A stretch of 32,000 bases of DNA from Zestosphaera tikiterensis (lineage in GTDB: Archaea > Thermoproteota > Thermoprotei_A > Sulfolobales > NBVN01): the NCBI GenBank assembly GCA_003056265.1, contig NBVN01000003.1, forward strand, positions 120,001-152,000, given 5' to 3'. The translations under genes were made by a program, and so were the position numbers. Position 1 is the stretch's first letter. Each line of letters starts with the position of its first letter. Shown piece by piece: positions 1 to 9,277 of the stretch. The notes beneath the pieces are model-generated. The model was not told where the DNA came from, did not search any database, and worked only from the letters and a program-made list of their open reading frames with translations.

Positions 1-2
1 TT

Positions 3-2264
3 AAAGGTAAGTCCCTCTACACTGCGGACTTCCTTAAGTTCTACAAGAACGCGGTTTTCGTTCATAGCGTTAGGACTAAATACGCTCATGCTTTAATAAA
101 GAGTATTGACGTTAGCGAAGCATCTAAATACCCAGGAGTTCTTAAAGTCATTACAGCTAAAGACATACCGGGCATAAACGACGTTGGGTATGTAATACCT
201 GATCAACCACTTATAGCTGATAGGAAGGTAAGGTATATAGGAGATATAGTAGCTCTCATAGTTGCCGAGGATCAGATGATAGCTAGGGAAGCTGAGAGCT
301 TAATCCATGTAGAGTATGAACCATTAGAAGTGATTACAGACCCGCTGCAGGTAGTTGACCTCATGACGCTTAAGGAGAAACCGCATACGTTAATCCATGA
401 CGAGAGAGGTAGCGACGTGTTAGTACATTACAAAGTGAGGAGAGGGGATATGGAGAAGGCGTTAAGGGAAGCGGACGTTAAAGTTGAAGGGGTTTATAAA
501 ACGCCTTTCCAGGAACACGCCTATCTAGAGCCTGAAGCCGCTATAGCCATTCCGGAAGCTGAAGGCGGAGTGACCGTGATTTCATCTACGCAATGTCCTT
601 TCGACGTTAGGAAAGCTGTAGCTAAGGTTTTAGGAGTTCCTCTAAATAGAGTTAGGATAGTGGTTCCGGCCGTTGGCGGTGGTTTCGGAGGTAAGGAGGA
701 CGTAGCTAATGAGGTAGCGGCTAAAGCTGCCTTAGCTGCTGTATTAACTGGAAGGCCGGCCGTATCAATCCACACTAGGGAGGAGTCGATCATAGGCCAT
801 AGTAAAAGACATCCCATGATTGCTTGGTATAGACACGCAGCTAAGAAAGACGGTACTTTACTGGCTGTTGAAGCTAATATAGTTATGGATACCGGTTCCT
901 ACGCTTCCTTAGGGCCTTTCGTGCCGTGGAGAGCTACCGTCCACGCTACAGGTCCTTATAAGGTGGGGGCCGCTAGAATCGACACTAAAGCTGTTTACAC
1001 GAATAACGTATACGCTGGAGCGTTTAGAGGTTTTGGAAACCCGCAGGTGATATTCGCTGTTGAAAGGCAGATGGACCTACTGGCTGAGGAGTTAGGTATG
1101 GATCCTGTAGAGCTTAGGTTAAAGAACATACTTCGCGTAGGTGATGAAACAGTACATGGTCAGAAACTTACTGAGGAACATGGCGTCGGGCTTGAGGAAG
1201 CCTTACTTAAAGCTGTTGAGGCCTCTAACTGGAGTAGTAAGAGGATGGAGTATAGGAAGGCCGTAGGTCCTTTAAGGAAGGGTATAGGGGTTGCCATCTT
1301 CTACCACGGAAACTCCATAGGCGTTGAGGGCGCTGACTACTCATCCGTTACGTTAATAATAAATAGGGATGGCTCGATATCCTTCAGAACAGGTCTTACG
1401 GAATTCGGTCAGGGATCGACTTGGGGTCTTGTGTTAATAGCTGCGGAGATATTGGGTGTCCCGCCCTCATACTTTAAGGTTGAGAACCCAGATACTTCAG
1501 CAACTCCCGACGCAGGACCTACGGTAGCTTCAAGAGCGACTGTTATGGGAGGGGCTGCTACGGTTATAGCTGCTCATAAGCTTAGGAAGAGGCTCAATGA
1601 AGTAGCCTCACATATATTGGGTTGCGATCCTGAGGATATCGTTATTAAAGCACCTGAAGTTTACTGCGGTTCAGACCCTAACCGCAGGACTGTTTGGCAG
1701 GATGTTGTAGAGCAAAGCTTCTGGTTAGGTATACCTCTTCAAGAGTTCGGCTACTACAGAGCACCTAGGGCTGTCTGGGATGAGGAGACGGGTCAGGGAG
1801 CGCCTTACATAACCTACACATTCGGTGCTATAGTAGCTGAAGTCACCGTAGATATGGAAACAGGCTTAACTAAGGTGGATAGAATCTACACAGCTTACGA
1901 CATAGGTAGGGTAATTAACAAGGTAGGTGCTGAGCTTAACGCTGAAGGGGGTGCCATACAGGCCTTAGGCTATGGACTTATGGAGGAGTTAATACATGAT
2001 AAGGACGGTAGGGTTATGAATCCAAACCTTTCAACGTATTACGTCCCAACCATAAAGGACGCGCCGGAAATCATACCTATATGGGTTGAGGCACATTATA
2101 GGAAAGGACCTCTCGGCGCTAAAGGTTTCGGGGAACCTTCATTTAACGCCGTCGCTACAGCTATAGCTAACGCCGTATCCCACGCGATAGGTTTACCCGT
2201 GTATGAGTTACCTTTAACTCCTGAGAGAATTTACATGATGTTGAAGAAAGCGGGTAAGATTTAA
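3..2264 (+). CDS. Xanthine dehydrogenase / aldehyde oxidase-family molybdopterin-binding large subunit, 5' end cut by the window edge
   Basis: Frame 3 is open from base 3 (KGKSLYTADF...KVRYIGDIVALIVAED) upstream of the listed Met at 276, so the gene starts outside the window. It has a VGGGFGGKE motif and a GFGEPS motif near the C-terminus, and the length and architecture are typical of CoxL/XdhA/aldehyde oxidoreductase large subunits. Confidence 0.85.
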   Translation, partial: KGKSLYTADFLKFYKNAVFVHSVRTKYAHALIKSIDVSEASKYPGVLKVITAKDIPGINDVGYVIPDQPLIADRKVRYIGDIVALIVAEDQMIAREAESLIHVEYEPLEVITDPLQVVDLMTLKEKPHTLIHDERGSDVLVHYKVRRGDMEKALREADVKVEGVYKTPFQEHAYLEPEAAIAIPEAEGGVTVISSTQCPFDVRKAVAKVLGVPLNRVRIVVPAVGGGFGGKEDVANEVAAKAALAAVLTGRPAVSIHTREESIIGHSKRHPMIAWYRHAAKKDGTLLAVEANIVMDTGSYASLGPFVPWRATVHATGPYKVGAARIDTKAVYTNNVYAGAFRGFGNPQVIFAVERQMDLLAEELGMDPVELRLKNILRVGDETVHGQKLTEEHGVGLEEALLKAVEASNWSSKRMEYRKAVGPLRKGIGVAIFYHGNSIGVEGADYSSVTLIINRDGSISFRTGLTEFGQGSTWGLVLIAAEILGVPPSYFKVENPDTSATPDAGPTVASRATVMGGAATVIAAHKLRKRLNEVASHILGCDPEDIVIKAPEVYCGSDPNRRTVWQDVVEQSFWLGIPLQEFGYYRAPRAVWDEETGQGAPYITYTFGAIVAEVTVDMETGLTKVDRIYTAYDIGRVINKVGAELNAEGGAIQALGYGLMEELIHDKDGRVMNPNLSTYYVPTIKDAPEIIPIWVEAHYRKGPLGAKGFGEPSFNAVATAIANAVSHAIGLPVYELPLTPERIYMMLKKAGKI

Positions 2265-2290
2265 TTTCTCCAACCTTAAATTTAAGACGG

Positions 2291-3013
2291 TTGAGATATG
2301 TGGAGGTTTTAACAACTTCTAAATTACTTGATAGCGTGCTTGAGGTTTTTAAGGAGAGGGCTGACGACCTAACGTCAAGCGGTTGGTGCGTTAGTGACGC
2401 ACAATCACTTAAGTGGTGGGGTTGTTTAGGAAGCGTTGATGAGATCTTCATCACTGCGGTTTTAGTTCAGTTAAGTAGGTGGGAAGCTGTGGTTAAAGCT
2501 TTAGAGAATCTTAAAGTACGTGGGTTGTTAAGCCTAGACGCGATTAACGAGGCGGATGAGGGAGTTTTAAGAGACGCTATTAAGCCAGTTGGTTTAAGAG
2601 GTGTTAAAACGCGAAGACTTAAGGAATTAGCTATTAAGGTTAAAGAAGTCGGCGGCTTAGATAAGCTTTCATTGCTTAAAGATGATGAATTAAGGGATTT
2701 TCTACTTTCGATAGACGGTATAGGTGAGGAGACCGCGGATGCTTTACTTCTCTTCGCGTTCAACAGAGCTACGATACCTATATCTAGGTATGTCGTGAGG
2801 GTTTTAAGTAGGGTTGGCGTGATTGAAGGGTTTGTAAGCTACGAGAAACTCAGGAAGGAGTTAATCAATACGTTGAATGGGGACCTCTATAAGTTAAAGC
2901 TCCTCTATTCAGGACTAACCCACGTAGGGAAAACAACGTGCTTACCTAAACAACCCGATTGTATGCGATGTGTTTTAAGTAGGATATGTCGAAGCTCTAC
3001 GGTTAAAAACTGA
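2291..3013 (+). CDS. Endonuclease III-related HhH-GPD DNA glycosylase-like protein with a 4Fe-4S cluster loop
   Basis: It has a helix-hairpin-helix motif (LSIDGIGEETADALLLFAF) and a C-terminal C-X6-C-X2-C-X5-C (CLPKQPDCMRCVLSRIC). The start is TTG. Confidence 0.75.
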   Translation: MRYVEVLTTSKLLDSVLEVFKERADDLTSSGWCVSDAQSLKWWGCLGSVDEIFITAVLVQLSRWEAVVKALENLKVRGLLSLDAINEADEGVLRDAIKPVGLRGVKTRRLKELAIKVKEVGGLDKLSLLKDDELRDFLLSIDGIGEETADALLLFAFNRATIPISRYVVRVLSRVGVIEGFVSYEKLRKELINTLNGDLYKLKLLYSGLTHVGKTTCLPKQPDCMRCVLSRICRSSTVKN

Positions 3014-3031
3014 TTGGGAGGAGTTTTTACG

Positions 3032-3700
3032 TTACGCTCCGCCGAAGGCTCTATCTCCAGCGTCCCCTAACCCGGGGACTATATAGCCTTTATCGTTAAC
3101 TTCCGGGTCTATAGACGCGGTATACAGTTTTAAGTTTATGTTAAGTTCCTTACTTATCTTCTCCAGCCTTTTAATCGCTATCGGCGTTGTTATTGCTGAA
3201 ACTATTATGTATTGTTTTGCTTTGCCGTACCTCATAAGAACGTTTAAAACCGTTTCCATTGTTGACGCGGTTGCCACCATAGGATCCACGATTAAAACTA
3301 TTTCGTCGTTTCTTATGTGCGGTATTCTAACGTATTCAACATCCACGTCAAACCTCATTTCCTTATCCATCCCCTTCTCCTCAACCCTCTTGGCTGAGAT
3401 TATGCCTTGCTTCGCGTTAGGGAAGATTTTAATTAGTCCTTCAGTCATAGGCCATGCAGCACGTAAAACCGTAACTATCACGACTTTATCCACGTCTTTT
3501 ATCCTAACCCCCTCAGCTTGAACTCCTAATGGAGTTTCAACAACGACTTTCTCAGTTTCAAAATCTTTAATTATTTCGAAGCCGAAGGCTCTCCCAAGCC
3601 TAACTAAAGACTTACGGAACTCAATCTGCTCCGTGTTCTTATCTCTTAACTCGGTTAGGACCGCCTGTATGTAGGGATGCCGTAGGACTTTAACCTCCAT
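3032..3700 (-). CDS. upp: Uracil phosphoribosyltransferase
   Basis: It has a PRPP-binding loop (LIVDPMVATASTM), a C-terminal YIVPGLGDAGDRAFG, an N-terminal RHPYIQ..LT.LRD, and is 222 aa long. Confidence 0.9.
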   Translation of the reverse strand: MEVKVLRHPYIQAVLTELRDKNTEQIEFRKSLVRLGRAFGFEIIKDFETEKVVVETPLGVQAEGVRIKDVDKVVIVTVLRAAWPMTEGLIKIFPNAKQGIISAKRVEEKGMDKEMRFDVDVEYVRIPHIRNDEIVLIVDPMVATASTMETVLNVLMRYGKAKQYIIVSAITTPIAIKRLEKISKELNINLKLYTASIDPEVNDKGYIVPGLGDAGDRAFGGA

Positions 3701-3714
3701 CCAGTCTACCCTAA

Positions 3715-4143
3715 TTACGAAGTTAAAATGCTTATAAAAGTCGCGATTACGTCTATAACGTCTCTTAAGGAAACCATACCTAATGGCTTACCGTCCTCAC
3801 TTACTACAGGTAGGTGGCGGACGTTGATCTCCCTCATCTTACGTAAAGCCTCATCTACCGGCGTACCGGGATTTACCACCACAGGGTTTTCAGTCATTAT
3901 CATGTATACAGGCAAGCCCTTACCGACCTTCCCATTAGCTATGGCAAACACTAAATCCCTCTCAGTTACTATCCCTTCTAAAACCCCTTCATTATTAACG
4001 ACTAGAACGCTACCTATCTTATTCTCAAGCATTACCTTAGCCGCGTCTTCAATGGAGGTCATCCGATGAACGGTTATCGGTGGAGAACTCATAACGTCTT
4101 CAACACGTATTGGGAATTTCCTCCTTCTTTTTATAAGTGGCAT
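3715..4143 (-). CDS. CBS-domain pair protein
   Basis: There are two CBS-like repeats (VMSSPPITV...GSVLVV..GVLEGIVTERDL and IMTENPVVV...HLPVVSEDGKPLGMVSLRDV). Confidence 0.8.
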   Translation of the reverse strand: MPLIKRRRKFPIRVEDVMSSPPITVHRMTSIEDAAKVMLENKIGSVLVVNNEGVLEGIVTERDLVFAIANGKVGKGLPVYMIMTENPVVVNPGTPVDEALRKMREINVRHLPVVSEDGKPLGMVSLRDVIDVIATFISILTS

Positions 4144-4188
4144 TTTAAACCACCGTTAAATATGTTGTTTTATAGCTTATTAGCTTTA

Positions 4189-4482
4189 CTAATCGCATTG
4201 AATTAAAACCTTAACTCTCTTTAAATTAAAGTATTTTTCGATTGCCGTAAGTTCAGAACTTCCTAACCCCTTAACTTTAATCCTCACGTTTAAACCCTCG
4301 CCTGCAGGACCTGGACTACCTTCAAAGTAGTATGTAGGGGGTTCGTCTTTAGTTAGTAGTAACTCGCTTAAATCCTTAACTAGTTTTTCAGCTGCCCACT
4401 GAGTAGGTATTCCCTTAAGTATTAACTCCTTTTTCTCTAGGCATACGTTAACGGAGTCTAATTCCCTACCCTGACGTCTCAA
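4189..4482 (-). CDS. Hypothetical protein (97 aa)
   Basis: This is ORF evidence only. It has a TTG start and no recognisable motif, and it sits between the CBS gene and the OFOR promoter. Confidence 0.35.
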   Translation of the reverse strand: MRRQGRELDSVNVCLEKKELILKGIPTQWAAEKLVKDLSELLLTKDEPPTYYFEGSPGPAGEGLNVRIKVKGLGSSELTAIEKYFNLKRVKVLIQCD

Positions 4483-4607
4483 ATTAAACCGCCTTTAACA
4501 TGGTGATAACGTATAATTTTAATTTGTGTTGTGTTTATGTTATATAAATAATAATAGATGTATATAAACTTATTTTAAACCTATTCAAACATTTTTAGGG
4601 TATAACA

Positions 4608-5168
4608 TTGTCAGAAGAGGAAGTTATTGAGATAAGGTTCCACGGCAGGGGAGGGCAGGGAGCAGTCACCGCTGCCAGCCTATTGGTTAATGCTGCGTTA
4701 CGTGCCGGCATGTACGGTCAGGCAATACCGTTTTTCGGTGCTGAGAGGAGGGGCGCGCCAGTAGTTGCTTACGCTAGAATATCTAAAAACCCCGTTAAAG
4801 TGAGGTCCTCGATAAGAAAGCCTTCAATCGTTGTCGTCTTAGATCCTATGCTGAAGGACTTAGTTAACGTGCTTGACGGGTTGAGGGAAGGTGGTACGTT
4901 ACTCATAAACTCTAGCTCAAAACCCGATGTTTTAGGGCCTTACAGGGTTTGCTATGTTGACGCAGTTAAGATAGCGTCGGATTTAGGCCTTGTTTTGTCT
5001 GGGTGGGCTTTAGTGAATACTCCAATGGTTGGTGCGTTAGCTAAGGTATTGAAAATACCTATAGAGGACGTCGAGGATTCTATTAAGGAAAGTATTGAGG
5101 GTAGGTTAGGTGAGTTAAACGCGTTAGCAGCTAGGAGGGCTTATGAAGGGGTGGTATGCAGTGGTTGA
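4608..5168 (+). CDS. 2-oxoacid (pyruvate/2-ketoisovalerate-type):ferredoxin oxidoreductase, gamma subunit
   Basis: The N-terminus reads [15 protein letters not shown]. It is the first gene of a gamma-delta-alpha-beta operon, has a TTG start, and follows an AT-rich promoter region at 4483-4607. Confidence 0.88.
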
Positions 5169-5430
5169 TGAGATAATTCTACCACTATCCAGGCCTACGG
5201 TCGGTGTAGCCGGTAGGACGGGAACTTGGAGGGTTAATAGGCCGGTATTCAACAGCGAGAAATGCATTAAATGCAGGCTTTGCTGGCTTTACTGCCCAGA
5301 CAACGTTATCGACGTTAATGAAGCCAACCCATCCAACTTCATAACCATAGACTACAATTACTGTAAGGGCTGTGGTGTCTGCGTTGACGTCTGCCCTACT
5401 AAAGCGTTAACTTTAGTTCCTGAGAGGTGA
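5143..5430 (+). CDS. 2-oxoacid:ferredoxin oxidoreductase, delta (2x[4Fe-4S] ferredoxin-like) subunit
   Basis: It has two CxxCxxCxxxCP motifs (CIKCRLCWLYCP, CKGCGVCVDVCP). It overlaps the end of gamma; an in-frame GTG at 5161 is an alternative start. Confidence 0.88.
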   Translation: MKGWYAVVDEIILPLSRPTVGVAGRTGTWRVNRPVFNSEKCIKCRLCWLYCPDNVIDVNEANPSNFITIDYNYCKGCGVCVDVCPTKALTLVPER

Positions 5431-6623
5431 TGGGTTTGGTCTTAACTACTTTAACAGGGAATTACGCGGTATCTTACGCAGTTAAACTATCTAGGGTTAA
5501 AGTAGTTTCGGCATATCCGATAACGCCTCAAACAACTATAGTTGAGAAGATAGCTCAACTTATTGAAGATGGTGAGATGGATGCTGAGATGATTAGAGTT
5601 GAGTCGGAGCATTCCGCGTTGGCCGCGGCTTACGGCGCGGCCTCAGCCGGCGTTAGAGCGTTTACAGCTACGTCGTCTCACGGCCTACTCTACATGCATG
5701 AGATGCTTTGGTGGGTTGCTGGGTCTAGAATACCTTTGGTTATGGCTGTAGCTACGAGGACTATCGGACCGCCTTGGAATATATGGACGGATCACAGCGA
5801 TTTAATGGATCAGAGGGATACGGGTTGGTTGATAGCTATGGCTGAAAACAATCAGGAGGTGTTGGATGAAACCATTAAAATGTTTAAAATAACTGAAGAT
5901 CCTAGGGTGTACCTCCCGGGGATCGTGGGGTTAGACGCCTTCATATTAACGCATACTTCAGAGCCTGTTGATATACCTACTCAGGAAGTCGTTGATCAAT
6001 TCCTGCCTGACAGAAGACAACCCTACGTGTTTAAAGCCGGGGATCCTTTAATCATGGGTAACATACCTAAAGACTTAGAGTTGAATATGAGGATGCGTGA
6101 AGACATAGATAAAGCTATGGAGAGGGCTAAGAAAGTTATCGACGAAGTGGATTTTGAGTGGGGGAAGCTGACTGGGAGGAGGTATGGAGGCTTAACTGAA
6201 TGCTATAGATGTGAAGACGCTAAACACTTCATCATAGGTATGGGGGCTTGGGTTGGAGATATGAGGGAAGCCGTCGATAAGTTAAGATCGAAGTATGGGG
6301 TTAAGGTAGGGCTGATTAAAATCAGGTATGTACGTCCCTTCCCTAGAGAAGACCTTATTAAGTGGTTAAGTAACGCGTCAAGCGCCGTCGTCTTCGACAG
6401 GTCTTTCTCGCCTGGTTCGGGCGGTCATCTATTCCTAGAGACTGTCGCCCACGCCAGCGTAGCTGGGGTTAGAACCCCGATAAAGAATTGCTTGGCTGGG
6501 ATCGCGGGCGTTGACGTAACTTACGAAGACATCGTTGACGTCGTGCTTAAATCCATATCTGAAGTTGAGGAGGTGGGTACGTTCAAAGAGTTTATTGAGT
6601 GGTATTATAGGGGTGGGCGGTGA
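5427..6623 (+). CDS. 2-oxoacid:ferredoxin oxidoreductase, alpha subunit
   Basis: The N-terminus is typical (GNYAVSYAVKLSRVKVVSAYPITPQT...ESEHSA). An ATGA start/stop overlap with delta suggests translational coupling. Confidence 0.9.
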   Translation: MMGLVLTTLTGNYAVSYAVKLSRVKVVSAYPITPQTTIVEKIAQLIEDGEMDAEMIRVESEHSALAAAYGAASAGVRAFTATSSHGLLYMHEMLWWVAGSRIPLVMAVATRTIGPPWNIWTDHSDLMDQRDTGWLIAMAENNQEVLDETIKMFKITEDPRVYLPGIVGLDAFILTHTSEPVDIPTQEVVDQFLPDRRQPYVFKAGDPLIMGNIPKDLELNMRMREDIDKAMERAKKVIDEVDFEWGKLTGRRYGGLTECYRCEDAKHFIIGMGAWVGDMREAVDKLRSKYGVKVGLIKIRYVRPFPREDLIKWLSNASSAVVFDRSFSPGSGGHLFLETVAHASVAGVRTPIKNCLAGIAGVDVTYEDIVDVVLKSISEVEEVGTFKEFIEWYYRGGR

Positions 6624-7510
6624 TGGTCTTAACGATTAAAGACCTACCTAAGGATAAGTACGTAATGCCGGGTAATGCGGCATGCCCCGGATGTCCGGAA
6701 AACTTAGGTTTAAAGTTCGTTGGGATGGCTTTAGGCGAGAAAGCGATTTTAACCATACCCGCCGGCTGTACCTCAGTAATTCAAGGCCTGCTGCCGGGGT
6801 CAGGGCTTAAATTCCCTATAATTAACGTCCCCTTCGCGTCGTCGGACGCTGTAGCTGCGGGGGTAAGCGTAGCTAAGAAGTTGATTGGGGAGGACGCCGT
6901 AGTTATTGCTTGGGCTGGGGACGGAGGCACTGCGGACATAGGGTTTGCGACGCTTTCAGGAGCTGCTGAAAGAAACGATAATATCATACACATATGCGTG
7001 GATAACGAGGCTTACATGAACACAGGCATTCAAAGATCTTCTCAAACCCCCTTAGGGGCTTGGACCACGACTACTTGGAAAGGAAAGAAGGAAAGGAAGA
7101 AAGACCTACCGATGATTATGTTAATGCATAAAATACCTTACGTAGCTACTGCGAGCGTCGCATACCCCCTAGACTTCATAGAAAAGCTTAGGAAGGCAGC
7201 ATCCATTAAAGGGTTTAAGTACATCCACCTACACGCTCCATGTCCAGTAGGTTGGAGGTTCGACCCAATGAAGACCGTAAGCGTTGCTAAGTTAGCTGTC
7301 GAGACAGGGATGTGGATATTATTCGAAGCCATCAACGGGAAGGTAGTGATAAGCCCTCCAAGCAAGCCATACGTAGATAAAACCAAAAGAAAACCCATAA
7401 AAGAATACCTATCAATTCAAGGCAGGTTTAGAAACATAACTGAGGAAATATTAAAAGACCTCGAAAGACAAGTAGATGAAAACTGGGAAACACTCTTAAA
7501 GTTTACATAA
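6620..7510 (+). CDS. 2-oxoacid:ferredoxin oxidoreductase, beta (TPP-binding) subunit
   Basis: It has a CPGCP cluster ligand motif and a TPP-binding GDGGTADIG...N motif. An ATGA overlap links it to alpha. Confidence 0.9.
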   Translation: MMVLTIKDLPKDKYVMPGNAACPGCPENLGLKFVGMALGEKAILTIPAGCTSVIQGLLPGSGLKFPIINVPFASSDAVAAGVSVAKKLIGEDAVVIAWAGDGGTADIGFATLSGAAERNDNIIHICVDNEAYMNTGIQRSSQTPLGAWTTTTWKGKKERKKDLPMIMLMHKIPYVATASVAYPLDFIEKLRKAASIKGFKYIHLHAPCPVGWRFDPMKTVSVAKLAVETGMWILFEAINGKVVISPPSKPYVDKTKRKPIKEYLSIQGRFRNITEEILKDLERQVDENWETLLKFT

Positions 7511-7686
7511 AACAGGTTTTCCCCTAACCTCCTTAATCAACATTACCTCAATAAGCTTACCCAAAAAGCCAATCAAACAAGCCCTCAAACCTTTAACCTA
7601 GTGTAGTCAGAATAAACATGGATTTACTTAGAAAATCCTTATCTTTCAAAAGCTAGAGGTTAGGCTAATACCTGATGAGGTCTTAG

Positions 7687-7702
7687 AGAGTAAATTTACA
7701 CT
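7687..7702. repeat. Copy A of a 16-bp palindrome (AGAGTAAATTTACACT, one mismatch to the perfect palindrome)
   Basis: Read directly from the sequence. It is identical to copy C and differs at one base from perfect copy B. Confidence 0.9.
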
Positions 7703-7772
7703 TAAATGAAGAAGCAAATCCCTTATCCTCCCTAAAAAATAGGAAAATGAGTAGATAAGAAAGCGTGTTTTG

Positions 7773-7788
7773 AGTGTAAATTTACACT
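7773..7788. repeat. Copy B, a perfect 16-bp palindrome AGTGTAAATTTACACT
   Basis: Read directly from the sequence. It is self-complementary over all 16 nt and lies about 130 bp downstream of the stop of the 7919..8281 gene. Confidence 0.9.
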
Positions 7789-7918
7789 TAAAAAGGTTTT
7801 CTGCAGTTTCTTAGTGTTCTTTAAGCTATTGTGTATGCTATGTGAAGAGGGGTTTGAAGAAGCTACGATAAACCCACCTACGGAAACTAAGGGAAAAGCC
7901 GTAGCGGAAGCGGTTGAT

Positions 7919-8281
7919 TTACTGCCCTGTAAATGCTTTTTCAAATGCCTTCTCAATAGCTTTCCTATAGTTTGTTAGACGTGTGAAGAGCTTCGTAAGA
8001 ACTTCCTCTACAGCTACTTCATATTCGATTCTTTCATCTTTTGATAATTTCTTAAAAGCTTTAAGTAGTGAGTTGATTGCTGTTTCGATATAGTCTTGAT
8101 CCTCTATGTTTGTAAGTTCTAAGTCGTGGAGGGCTTCAACCCTAACGTATCCATCTAAAGGGCCTACGTAGCAGTACGTAACACCCTTCGTCTCCGGGTT
8201 GTAGTGCCTGTAGTAGACGTACCTCCTGCCACTAATCACACGCACAATTCGAGACCCGCTCCTACCACATTTAGGGCACAC
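7919..8281 (-). CDS. Small Zn-ribbon protein whose N-terminus resembles the N-terminal domain of SSV-type integrases
   Basis: It has a CPKCG knuckle followed by GRRYVYYRHYNPETKGVTYCYVGPL. The same G-[KR]-x-YVY...Y-V-[GA]-P-L pattern occurs in the integrase N-fragment at 14936..15295. The C-terminal half is helical and charged. No tyrosine-recombinase catalytic domain is present. Confidence 0.6.
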   Translation of the reverse strand: MCPKCGRSGSRIVRVISGRRYVYYRHYNPETKGVTYCYVGPLDGYVRVEALHDLELTNIEDQDYIETAINSLLKAFKKLSKDERIEYEVAVEEVLTKLFTRLTNYRKAIEKAFEKAFTGQ

Positions 8282-8304
8282 GCTGTCTATTCCTAACCAC
8301 CCAC

Positions 8305-8320
8305 AGAGTAAATTTACACT
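8305..8320. repeat. Copy C of the 16-bp palindrome (AGAGTAAATTTACACT), overlapping the promoter/TATA position of the 7919..8281 gene
   Basis: It is centred about 31 bp upstream of the start codon at 8281. The TAAATTTA core could double as a TATA box for a leaderless or short-leader transcript. Confidence 0.85.
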
Positions 8321-8937
8321 GAAGAAACTAATAAACCTTACTTTATCTATTTACTGTAAAAGATGCGCCTACATTATTTTATTAATGTGAATCAATAGAG
8401 TTTAAGTCATGATTGTAAGTTGTTAAATTTTTCACCTTAGTATAAGTAGATATATTACATGAAGTCTAATATCTGAAAACCAATAGATTAGATATTAAAA
8501 CCAAAAGTTTTTAACCCCTTTATTTCCTGTGGAACCCACATACAACCCACGAAGCCAACTTTTACATCCAAGTTTTGCAGACATTCAAAATAGCGTTGAT
8601 TAAGCAACCGCAAGAAAATTTCGGGAGTGAAGGTATTGAATAATTATGTATGGGAAATCCAAAGGTTAGGAACCAACATTGCTGACCGCACTCACCTCAT
8701 AATCTATTATGAGGTTGTTAGAAATAAACTACTTCGATACTCCAAAAGAACTGAATACATAGGAAAGCATTAAATTACGTAACGTAACCTAGAGAACCCT
8801 TTGCTAAAACAAAGCTTAATCAAAAATAGATTTAACGTACTCAAGAGCTACTGCGAAATAAAAATCAACACATAATTTGAAATATAGTATAAAATTAAGC
8901 TAATTAAGGCTTTACTTTAAGCATTATTTAATTAACG

Positions 8938-8963
8938 CCCCCACCCCTTCATTTCCACTGGAA
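8938..8963 (-). repeat. ORB-like box, left (bottom strand reads TTCCAGTGGAAATGAAGGGGTGGGGG)
   Basis: It has the TCCAGTGGA dyad followed by a G-string, and is the inverted partner of 9251-9277. Confidence 0.7.
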
Positions 8964-9027
8964 CGGAAAACCCTATTAAACACGTTAATTTCAACATATC
9001 ACCTCAATGTTTTTAGTGAAGGAATTC

Positions 9028-9051
9028 AAGAATTTCTTAAAGAATTTCTTA
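9028..9051 (+). repeat. Tandem 12-bp duplication AAGAATTTCTTA x2 inside the AT-rich core
   Basis: Read directly from the sequence; the two adjacent copies are perfect. Confidence 0.8.
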
Positions 9052-9250
9052 AACCTTAAAATAAAGAATATATTACGTCTTATTTTTATTTTTTAAAATA
9101 ATGTTAAAGTAGAAAATAAAAAGATGTTATTTATTATAATTCTTACTTAGCATATTAAATAATTATTAACTATGCTTATAAAATAGAATATCTTATATAT
9201 AGAGATAATTATACAAACTAAATCAATGCAATTTAAAATATGTTAATAAT

Positions 9251-9277
9251 CTCCAGTGGAAACAGAGGGGTGGGGGT
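9251..9277 (+). repeat. ORB-like box, right (CTCCAGTGGAAACAGAGGGGTGGGGGT)
   Basis: It has the TCCAGTGGA dyad followed by a G-string, and is the inverted partner of 8938-8963. Confidence 0.7.

Larger units (their letters stand above)
8938..9277. other. Candidate chromosomal replication origin (oriC) core: inverted ORB-like boxes flanking an AT-rich unwinding element
   Basis: The boxes are ORB-like elements at 8938-8963 (bottom strand) and 9251-9277 (top strand). They share TCCAGTGGAAA-N4-GGGGTGGGGG (22/25 identical). The 287 bp between them are almost devoid of G/C. Confidence 0.65.

Noticed and set aside
7732-7956. A 74-aa minus-strand ORF and a plus-strand ORF of about 50 codons (from 7835) in the palindrome region.
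   Set aside because: They overlap each other and the 3' end of the 7919..8281 gene. They span the palindromic repeats, have no plausible promoter spacing or motifs, and are probably non-coding.
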